60,513 bases of DNA from Alphaproteobacteria bacterium. Lineage in GTDB: Bacteria > Pseudomonadota > Alphaproteobacteria > DATDPM01. The notes under the pieces are model-generated. The model made no database searches. It saw only the letters and a program-made list of their open reading frames with translations, and had not been told where the DNA came from. Below, in pieces: positions 46,130 to 53,322 of the stretch (the first letter of the stretch is position 1; each line of letters starts with the position of its first letter). The stretch covers positions 1-60,513 of the forward strand of contig JAZGAE010000036.1 of assembly GCA_036475545.1 (NCBI GenBank), written 5' to 3'. Position numbers and translations under genes: made by a program.

Positions 46130-47077
46130 TCAAAACCTTGCTGACGCGGCCGTCGCCGCCCGGCTCTCGTAGATGTGGGCGATCACGGAGCCGGCGGGCC
46201 GGTGCACGGGGACCAGGATTCTCCGGTACAGCCCGCCCTCGAACCCGTCGATTCGGTGCCAGTGCTTGGGGAGCGCCTCGGAGGTCAGCACGCGAACCCT
46301 GACGGTGCCTTTTCCCTTCTTCCAGGTGAAGGCGGGGTAGCCCGCGACCGCGCGCACGACTCCGTCCACGTGACCGTCGCTCCAAGAGCCCTCGATGCCG
46401 GCGATGACGGGGTGGTTGCGTTCCCCGGGAGCCAGGGTTCCGTAGACCGCGAGCCTGCGCGAGGGGAAACCGAACAGGGCTTCGAAGACGTCCTCCAGCA
46501 CCGGGATGGTGACCGCCGCCACCTCACGGTCCCGCCCGGCCCCGCCGGGACCAGGCCCGTTCGCGGTCTTTTCCCCCTCGGCCATGGTCGATCGGACCAT
46601 CGAGAGCAGCGCCGCGAGGCTCTCCAGTAGCTTCCCCTGCGCTGTGCTGGAAGAAGCCTCACGCCACCGCCTGGGATGGTTCTTCTGGCGGCGGCGCTTC
46701 TCGCTCGCCGTTTCCTCGAGTTCCCGAGGCAGGGGCTGGAAGGGGCTGTTCGCTGTTGATCTTCTCAATGCGTCATGGTCCTGAATGGAGGGACCAGACT
46801 CGGCCACGGCGCGGATGGACGGGCAGCCGCACAACCACGTTCGGCGTTCCGCCGGTATACCCTCGGCGAGCAACCGCCTGATCGCGTCGGCGTCTGCTGC
46901 ATGGGGCCTGTTGGTGGCGGCGCGATACGCACTCCAGCACTGGTTTAGGCCGTCGAACAGCCCGCGGCACCTCGTGACCTCGTCAGGCGTGGCAGCGTCG
47001 TTCGCCATATTGATGTGGTTGAGCGCCTGATCGAGGCAGCCGGTTAGCTCGCGTTCTTGCCACCATTCGCCCGTCAC
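46130..47077 (-). CDS. uncharacterised protein: unknown Cys-containing N-domain, basic linker and a gamma-glutamylcyclotransferase (AIG2/GGCT)-like C-domain
   Basis: ORF 46130..47302. Its first 75 codons overlap trpF and are discounted. GTG 47077 is preceded by AGGGGG. The C-terminal AVYGTLAPGE .. IDGFEGGLYRR pattern is GGCT-like. Third-position G+C stays high across the ORF. Confidence 0.6.
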   Translation of the reverse strand: MTGEWWQERELTGCLDQALNHINMANDAATPDEVTRCRGLFDGLNQCWSAYRAATNRPHAADADAIRRLLAEGIPAERRTWLCGCPSIRAVAESGPSIQDHDALRRSTANSPFQPLPRELEETASEKRRRQKNHPRRWREASSSTAQGKLLESLAALLSMVRSTMAEGEKTANGPGPGGAGRDREVAAVTIPVLEDVFEALFGFPSRRLAVYGTLAPGERNHPVIAGIEGSWSDGHVDGVVRAVAGYPAFTWKKGKGTVRVRVLTSEALPKHWHRIDGFEGGLYRRILVPVHRPAGSVIAHIYESRAATAASARF

Positions 47078-47130
47078 GACTGGGGACCCCCTGGTCGCGT
47101 GGGCACCGGAAGCGTGGGGCTGCGGCACGG

Positions 47131-47781
47131 CTAAAGCTTCGCCGCGGCCGAAAGAAAGGCGGTGATGCGGGCCGGGTCCTTGTGGCCGCGCCGGTCCTCG
47201 ACGCCCGAAGAGACGTCGACCGCGCGGGCGCCGCTCACCCGCACGGCCTCGGCGAGATTGTCGGCAGTGAGCCCGCCCGAGAGCATCCAGGGCACCGGCC
47301 ATTCGCGGCCCTTGAGCAAGGTCCAGTCGAAGGCCAGCGCGTTTCCGCCGGGGAGCGCCCCCTTGAGGCCGTCGGGCGGCTTGGCGTCGAACAGCAGCCG
47401 GTCGGCGACCGCGGCGAAGGCATGGGTCGCCAAAAGGTCCTCCTCGATTTCCAGCTTGATCGCCTTCATGACGGGAAGGCCGAACCGGGCGGAGATTTCG
47501 GCCACCCGCTCGGGGCTTTCGTTTCCGTGGAGCTGGAGCATGTCCAGGGACACGCGGGTAAGCACGCCTTCGATCGTGCCGTCGTCCACGTCGACGAACA
47601 GGCCGACCTTGGAGACGTGTTCTTCGGGAATCGCGTGGGCGAGCTCGGCCGCCTCGGCCGCCGTCACGTAGCGCGGCGAGGGGGCATAGAAGACGAATCC
47701 GACCAGGTCCGCCCCGCCATCGGCCGCGGCCCGGGCCGCGGTCCGCGAGTTGATGCCGCAGATCTTGACCTCGAGGGCCAT
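47131..47781 (-). CDS. trpF: phosphoribosylanthranilate isomerase
   Basis: ATG 47781 gives MALEVKICGINS..ADLVGFVFYAPSPRYV... It overlaps the pyrF stop (ATGA). Confidence 0.85.
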   Translation of the reverse strand: MALEVKICGINSRTAARAAADGGADLVGFVFYAPSPRYVTAAEAAELAHAIPEEHVSKVGLFVDVDDGTIEGVLTRVSLDMLQLHGNESPERVAEISARFGLPVMKAIKLEIEEDLLATHAFAAVADRLLFDAKPPDGLKGALPGGNALAFDWTLLKGREWPVPWMLSGGLTADNLAEAVRVSGARAVDVSSGVEDRRGHKDPARITAFLSAAAKL

Positions 47782-48524
47782 CACGCGCCGGCCGCTTCCC
47801 GCACGATGCGGCGCGCGGCGTCCGCCGGGTCGCGCGCCTCGCTGATGGGCCGCCCGATGATGAGATAGTCTGCGCCGCGGGCCAGGGCCTCGGCCGGGCT
47901 CATCACGCGCTTCTGGTCCTGCTCCGCGGCCCAGGAGGGGCGAATCCCGGGCACCACCAGCTTGAAATCCGGGCCACACTCGGCGCGCACCATCTCCACC
48001 TCCCGGGGCGAGCACACGACCCCGTCGAGCCCTGTGTCCTGGGCCAGCTTGGCCAGGCGCAGCACCTGATCTTGAAGTGTTCCGGCCATGCCGATCTCGG
48101 ACAGATCCTCGGGCCCGAGGCTGGTGAGCACGGTGACGGCCACCACCAAAGGCCGCTTGAGCCCATGCCGCTCGGCCGCCGCGGCGGCCGCGTCGACCGC
48201 CCCGTGCAGCATCCTCGCCCCGCCCGCCGCATGCACCGTCAACATGAAGGGGGCGAGCTCCACCGCCGCCGCCACGGCCCGGACCACGGTGTGGGGGATG
48301 TCGTGGAACTTGAGGTCCAGGAGCACGGGCAGCCCCGCCTCCGCCATGGCGTGCACGCCCTGCGGCCCGTTGGCGGTGAAAAACTCCTTGCCCAGCTTGA
48401 TGCCGCCGACCAGGCCCTCGAGCTTCCGGGCGAGCTCGAGCGCCGCCGTGAGGTCGTTCGTGTCGATGGCACAAAAGATTCGGCGCCGCGCGTCGGTGAC
48501 GGCCTTGGACGCAAGGTCCTGCAT
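47781..48524 (-). CDS. pyrF: orotidine-5'-phosphate decarboxylase
   Basis: ATG 48524 gives MQDLASK..IFCAIDT..LLDLKFHDIPHTV.., with the DxKxxDIP motif. Confidence 0.9.
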   Translation of the reverse strand: MQDLASKAVTDARRRIFCAIDTNDLTAALELARKLEGLVGGIKLGKEFFTANGPQGVHAMAEAGLPVLLDLKFHDIPHTVVRAVAAAVELAPFMLTVHAAGGARMLHGAVDAAAAAAERHGLKRPLVVAVTVLTSLGPEDLSEIGMAGTLQDQVLRLAKLAQDTGLDGVVCSPREVEMVRAECGPDFKLVVPGIRPSWAAEQDQKRVMSPAEALARGADYLIIGRPISEARDPADAARRIVREAAGA

Positions 48525-48934
48525 GGCATCGGCCCTGGATCGATGAAGCCGCTGGCGGCCGCCGCTGGCGGCGGCTCTCCGCCGCCGGTTGTATAGCAGA
48601 TCGGAGGTCCGCGCGCATATGCGCAGGTGGTTGCGGCCGCCTGCCGGCACCGCCGGATGGGGTGCCCCGCAAGGCGGGCCCAACCTCGGTGCACCCGGCC
48701 GCGGGAGCGAAACCGGGCGGCGGTTCCCGTTTCGCAACCAACAGACCCGCGGCATCACCTTGGAGGCACGACTTCCCGGTAGGGCACCGCCTGCGCGCCG
48801 TGGGCCTCGGCGCAGGCTTCTTCACTTCGCCTCGCGTTTGCTTATGATAGCCGCGTCATGACTCGGCGAGCCGGGATAGGCAGGGAAAGCGGACCCGGGT
48901 TGGGCTCCGGACGCGGCGCTCCGCGGGAGACCGC

Positions 48935-50485
48935 ATGACGGCGCGCGGCGTGGTCGCGGCGGGCCATGTCGAGACGGCCCGCGCCGCCCAGATCGTGCTC
49001 GCGGATGGGGGGAACGCCTTCGACGCCGCGCTCGCCGCGATGTGCGCCGCCTGCGTCGCCGAGCCGGTCCTCTCTTCGCTCGGGGGCGGAGGGTTTCTTT
49101 TGGCTCACGATGTCTCGGGCCGGACCGTCCTTTTCGACTTTTTCGTGCAGACCCCGCGCCGGTCGCCAACGGGCGAGCTGGACTTCTGCCCGATTCTCGC
49201 CGACTTCGGCGCGGCGCAGCAGGAGTTCCACATCGGCTTCGGCTCCATCGCCACCCCCGGCGTGGTGAAGGGGCTGTTCCAGGTCCACCGGGAACTCGGT
49301 TTCATGCCGCTCGCCAGAATCGTCGAGCCGGCCGCCGCCCTCGCGCGCGAGGGCGTCGAGATTAACCGCTTCCAGGCGTATCTGTTCCAGATCATCGGCC
49401 CGATCTTGAGCGCCAGCAAGGCGTCCCGCGCGGTCTTTCACAGCCCCGAGGATTCAAGCCGGCTTCTGGGAGAGGGCGAAATCTTCCGCTTGCCGGACTT
49501 CGCCGACGCCCTCGAAGCCTTGGCGCGCGAAGGCGCGGACCTGTTCTATCGGGGCGAGATCGCACGAACCATCGAGCGCGACTTGGGCCAGAACGGGGGG
49601 GCTCTCACGCGCGACGACCTCGAGGCTTATCGGGTGGAGGATCGCACGCCGCTGGAGCTCCGCTACCGCGGGGCGCGGCTCTTCATGAATCCGCCGCCCG
49701 CCTCTGGCGGGATCCTGATCGCGTTTGCGCTCGAGTTGCTCAAGGATTTCGAGATCCACGAGCTCGGCTTCGGTTCGGCCGCGTGCCTAAGTCTGCTCGC
49801 GCGCGTCATGGAGCAGACCAACAAGGCACGTCTGGAGAGCCGCTTCCAAGAGGAGGCGGGAGGCGAGGCGCAACTCCTCGAGCCTGAGTTGGTCGAGGCC
49901 TACCGCCGCGCGCTCCGCGGCCGCCCCTCGGCGAGTCGCGGGACCACCCAAATCAGCGTCATCGACGCCGAGGGAAACGCCGCGAGCCTGACGCTCTCCA
50001 ACGGCGAGGGCTGCGGCTACCTCGTGCCGGATACGGGAATCATGCTCAACAACATGCTCGGCGAGGAAGACATCAACCCTCTCGGGTTCCACCGCTGGCC
50101 GCCGGGGATCCGGATGTGCTCGATGATGTCCCCGACCCTGATCTTCGGCCCTGAGACGCGCATCGCCGCCACGGGTTCCGGCGGCTCGAACCGGATTCGC
50201 ACGGCCATCCTCCAGGTGCTGGTCGATTTGCTCGACTTCGGCATGGCGGTGGAGGAGGCGGTGGAGAGCCCGCGCATTCATTTCGAGCGCGGCCTTCTCA
50301 GCGTCGAGCCGGGGTTCGAGGAGAGGGAGCTGGCGAAGCTTCTGGCCGAGTTCCCCGAACACAGGCTGTGGCAGGAGCGCAACCTGTTCTTCGGCGGCAC
50401 CCACACGGCGGCCTTCGACGCGGCCCGCGGCACCTTTGCGGGCGCGGGCGATTCGCGGCGCGGCGGCGCCGTCCTCATGGCTTAG
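48935..50485 (+). CDS. gamma-glutamyltransferase family protein (no signal peptide)
   Basis: 516-aa ORF. The autoprocessing and nucleophile region is ..RGTTQISVIDAEGNAASLTLSNG.., and the C-terminus is ..GGSNRIRTAILQ... Confidence 0.85.
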   Translation: MTARGVVAAGHVETARAAQIVLADGGNAFDAALAAMCAACVAEPVLSSLGGGGFLLAHDVSGRTVLFDFFVQTPRRSPTGELDFCPILADFGAAQQEFHIGFGSIATPGVVKGLFQVHRELGFMPLARIVEPAAALAREGVEINRFQAYLFQIIGPILSASKASRAVFHSPEDSSRLLGEGEIFRLPDFADALEALAREGADLFYRGEIARTIERDLGQNGGALTRDDLEAYRVEDRTPLELRYRGARLFMNPPPASGGILIAFALELLKDFEIHELGFGSAACLSLLARVMEQTNKARLESRFQEEAGGEAQLLEPELVEAYRRALRGRPSASRGTTQISVIDAEGNAASLTLSNGEGCGYLVPDTGIMLNNMLGEEDINPLGFHRWPPGIRMCSMMSPTLIFGPETRIAATGSGGSNRIRTAILQVLVDLLDFGMAVEEAVESPRIHFERGLLSVEPGFEERELAKLLAEFPEHRLWQERNLFFGGTHTAAFDAARGTFAGAGDSRRGGAVLMA

Positions 50486-50754
50486 AGCATAATCCGGTCA
50501 GGTTGAGCTGGCTGCGCCGGAGGAATTTTGTGCCGCGGGCAGGAGCGGGGCGAAGCACGTAGCGGTGCCTACGCGCGAGTTCCGCGACGAACCCGTGGCC
50601 GCAAAAGACCCCGGCCCTTCGGGTTGCGCCGGGGCGGGTGCCCGCGGCGTTGCGCCGGTGCGGGCGATGCCCCCGCATCGCCCTTCGCGCCGCGCCTGGC
50701 GGATCGCCGCGCCACGGCGCAACGCAGCCGACTCCACCTGACCGGATTATGCTC
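50485..50754. mobile_element. 270-bp MITE-like element with terminal inverted repeats GAGCATAATCCGGTCAGGT.. and flanking TA/TA
   Basis: The left end at 50485-50505 is the reverse complement of 50734-50754, and similarity extends to about 35 nt. TA dinucleotides lie at 50483-84 and 50755-56. There is no ORF of note inside. Confidence 0.6.
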
Positions 50755-51025
50755 TAGGGGCGCGGCCCGATTCCGAGGGTCCGTTTGGCCGCCCCGGCGG
50801 TCTCAGGGCGGCGTTGCGCCTTATGATTGAGCGTTGGGAAATACATACAATTTTATGTTTGAGGAATTCGTAATTGTTGCCCGTTAGATTGCCACCAACG
50901 CAACTGCCTTACGGGCTCGGGAAAGAGTAAAACCCGGACCGCAACGGGCCTCCTGGAGGGTCCGTGAGGCCAGAGGGGCGGTGTGACCCCGGCGGGGTCA
51001 ACGAGAGCAACGGAGGCATAGAGGC

Positions 51026-51220
51026 ATGGATATCAACTCGGGCGGTGCCAGCACCGCCGCCACTCCGGTCACCGTGGGCGTTTCGGGCGTGAGGAGGGCG
51101 CTCGACCTCGAGGACAGCGTCGCCGAGACCGAGCTTGATTCGGCGGTCAAAGAGGCCGAAAGGGCGGCCCAAGCCGACCTTACTTCCCATCGCGGCCAGA
51201 AGGTGGACATCACCGCGTAA
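51026..51220 (+). CDS. YjfB-like small protein (putative motility protein family, PF14070-like)
   Basis: 64 aa, MDINSGG..GVSGVRRALDLEDSVAE..HRGQKVDITA. The layout parallels Bacillus YjfB (MDIAAL..SVMK.AMD.. ..HIGGNIDIKL). It has a GGAGG RBS and high third-position G+C. Confidence 0.5.
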   Translation: MDINSGGASTAATPVTVGVSGVRRALDLEDSVAETELDSAVKEAERAAQADLTSHRGQKVDITA

Positions 51221-51278
51221 GGCAGGCGGCGGTTCACCCCGCCGCTCATCCACACTCACGCGGATCTCGCAACCAGCC

Positions 51279-51307
51279 GGACCGGCCGCTAGGGCCGGAC
51301 CTTTTTT
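51279..51307 (+). terminator. intrinsic terminator after the YjfB-like ORF
   Basis: GGACCGGCC ... GGCCGGACC forms a stem with one mismatch, followed by TTTTTT (51302-51307). Confidence 0.5.
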
Positions 51308-51376
51308 CGCATAAGACGGCCATATCATCGTCGCGCAGGCCAGCGCTTGGCGCCTGGCCCGCGCGACGGTCTTCCA

Positions 51377-51444
51377 CGCCCCGCTCCTGCCCGCGGCACA
51401 AAATTCCTCCGGCGCAGTCAGTTCAACTTGACCGGATTATGCTC
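51377..51444. repeat. inverted copy of the 68-nt left end of the element at 50485
   Basis: Direct comparison; there are three G/A transitions only. Confidence 0.85.
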
Positions 51445-51540
51445 TAGGCCGAGGGCGGCGTGAGTCCAGGGTTGCGCGTCGAGGGGCTGGCCCACGAGGC
51501 TCCGTGCTGGCGCCGGAAGACGGCGACCGGCGCCCGGCGC

Positions 51541-51909
51541 TTAGGGCTGGCCGGTCCCGCCGGGACGGACCTGCGGGCTCGGCGCAGCCTCGGCGGCGCC
51601 CTCGGTTCCCTCTCCGGCCCGGATGTCGGAGCCGTGGGCGCCGAGCGCGGAAATTTCGCGCTCCAGGGCTTGCATCCGCCGCGACCGCTGGCGTGCCCGC
51701 CGCCGCCACCTGCCTTGGGTGGACCAAGTGATGGCCGAGCCGATCAGCAAGCCGATCAACAAGGTGGCCAGGAGAACCAGGTAAAGCCGAATTTCAGGCT
51801 GAAACGGAAAGGGCCAGAAATCCACCGTCACGGGGTCGCGATTGAAGATGGCGAATACGACCGTGACGGCGACGGCGGCGAGCAGGAGGATCCGGAAGAG
51901 GAGTTTCAC
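51541..51909 (-). CDS. lapA: LapA-family (DUF1049) inner-membrane protein
   Basis: Two TM helices (LLLAAVAVTVVFAIF.., LYLVLLATLLIGLLIG) followed by a basic coiled tail. It lies downstream of ihfB, as in many proteobacteria. Confidence 0.65.
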   Translation of the reverse strand: MKLLFRILLLAAVAVTVVFAIFNRDPVTVDFWPFPFQPEIRLYLVLLATLLIGLLIGSAITWSTQGRWRRRARQRSRRMQALEREISALGAHGSDIRAGEGTEGAAEAAPSPQVRPGGTGQP

Positions 51910-51966
51910 GACGTCCGACCGCGACGGGGCGCGGATCGGCGCGGGCGGGCAAGCCGGTGCCTGGGT

Positions 51967-52251
51967 CTACCTCTTGCCGTTCAGCCGCTCGCGCAGTTCC
52001 TTTCCCGTCTTGAAGAAGGGGATGTATTTTTCGGCGACGTTCACGGTGTCGCCGGTTCGGGGGTTCCGGCCGACGCGGGCGGTCCGGTGTTTGACCGAAA
52101 AGGCACCGAAGCCTCTGAGCTCGACCCGGTCGCCGCGGGCGAGCGCGCCAGAAATCTCCTCGAAGATCGCCGCGACGATTCGCTCGACGTCGCGTAGGTA
52201 TAGATGCGGATTCCGTTCCGCGAGCCGCGCGATCAGTTCCGACTTCGTCAT
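51967..52251 (-). CDS. ihfB: integration host factor subunit beta
   Basis: ATG 52251 gives [48 protein letters not shown]... Confidence 0.92.
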   Translation of the reverse strand: MTKSELIARLAERNPHLYLRDVERIVAAIFEEISGALARGDRVELRGFGAFSVKHRTARVGRNPRTGDTVNVAEKYIPFFKTGKELRERLNGKR

Positions 52252-52363
52252 GGCGGGGCGTCCCCTCTCAATCGTGTTTCCCTCGAGCGCCCACACCTGA
52301 CCCCACCGCGGCGCGGCTGCGGTTCCGTTAGGGGCTGGGACAAAAAGCCGCGAAAGGGTGCAG

Positions 52364-53275
52364 CTAACGAAAATCAGGGTGCCAAAGCGAAATCAGGCCG
52401 TCAAGGGTAACCCTCTCAGAAAACGGAGTTTTTCCGGCCACGGCCGAAAGGATTCGGTCCCAGATCAGCTCCTCCCTCTCTACTTCGATCTCGTATACCG
52501 GCAGCGTCTCGTCGATCTCGTGGACTGCGGCGAGCCAGGCCAGGGCCTCCCCTTCACCTCCGATTTCATCGATGAGGCCGTTGGAGGCCGCCTGGCGTCC
52601 GGTGTAGACCCGGCCGTCGGAAAGCCTCAAGGCCTGCTCGCGGGTCATGTGGCGGCGTTCGATCACCAATCCGACGAACATGTCGAACATGTCCTGGACC
52701 ACCACCATGGCCGCCTCGCGGCCCTCGGCGGTCAACGGCTCCAACGGAGAGGGGACCGCCTTGAGGGGCCCGCTCTTCACCGCTTCCGTCGTGATGCCCA
52801 GCTTCTCGAGCATGCCCGTCAGATCGGTGGCCTGGAGCAAGACGCCGATCGATCCGGTGATCGAGCCCTTCTGGGCGAAGATGCGGTCGGTGCCCAGCGC
52901 GATCATGTATCCGGCAGAGGCCGCCACCTCCCGCATGACGGCCACCACGGGCTTGTTTTCAGCCACCCTGCGCAGGTCGTGATACAGCGTCTCGCCGCCC
53001 ACGACCGTGCCGCCGGGGCTGTTGACATGCACGATGAGGGCCTGAACGTTGGGGTCCGACGCGGTCTCCGCGAGCAGCTCGCTACGGTCTCGGTCGTCCA
53101 GGATCAGCCCGGACACGGTGAGCCGGGCGATGTGATCTCCGCGGGGCAACAGGCCCTCGCGCCCCAAAAGAAGCACCGCCGCCGCCACCAGAGCGACGAT
53201 GGCGAGCGCGCGCCAAAGATGCAGGCGCCGTTTCAGGCGCCGCCGGTCCAGTTGAATGTCGGCGTCAATCGACAC
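52364..53275 (-). CDS. sppA: signal peptide peptidase SppA (36K type)
   Basis: N-terminal TM segment. ..INSPGGTV.. and ..AASAGYMIA.. match the serine protease S49 pattern. Confidence 0.85.
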   Translation of the reverse strand: MSIDADIQLDRRRLKRRLHLWRALAIVALVAAAVLLLGREGLLPRGDHIARLTVSGLILDDRDRSELLAETASDPNVQALIVHVNSPGGTVVGGETLYHDLRRVAENKPVVAVMREVAASAGYMIALGTDRIFAQKGSITGSIGVLLQATDLTGMLEKLGITTEAVKSGPLKAVPSPLEPLTAEGREAAMVVVQDMFDMFVGLVIERRHMTREQALRLSDGRVYTGRQAASNGLIDEIGGEGEALAWLAAVHEIDETLPVYEIEVEREELIWDRILSAVAGKTPFSERVTLDGLISLWHPDFR

Positions 53276-53322
53276 GGCGGTGGCGCGCGCACGGGCCGCT
53301 CACGCCTGCGGCCCGGGTGGGG

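Larger units (their letters stand above)
50485..51444. mobile_element. candidate 960-bp transposase-less insertion cassette bounded by 68-bp inverted repeats and TA/TA
   Basis: 50485-50552 matches the reverse complement of 51377-51444 at 65 of 68 positions by hand alignment. TA flanks lie at 50483-84 and 51445-46. The interior carries an AT-rich region, a YjfB-like ORF and a terminator. Confidence 0.45.

Noticed and set aside
48525-48934. 410-bp pyrF-ggt divergent intergenic region as a hidden ncRNA or riboswitch; it contains the palindrome GCGCATATGCGC near 48613.
   Set aside because: No recognisable conserved RNA motifs are present and the listed ORFs are not coding-like. It probably holds just two divergent promoters. 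A covariance-model scan would be needed to say more.
50485-51444. Site-specific invertible (phase-variation) switch controlling the YjfB-like gene.
   Set aside because: No invertase or recombinase gene lies nearby. The TA flanks, and the same ends reappearing as a 270-bp unit, fit a transposable cassette better. Inversion is kept only as a secondary possibility in the finding.
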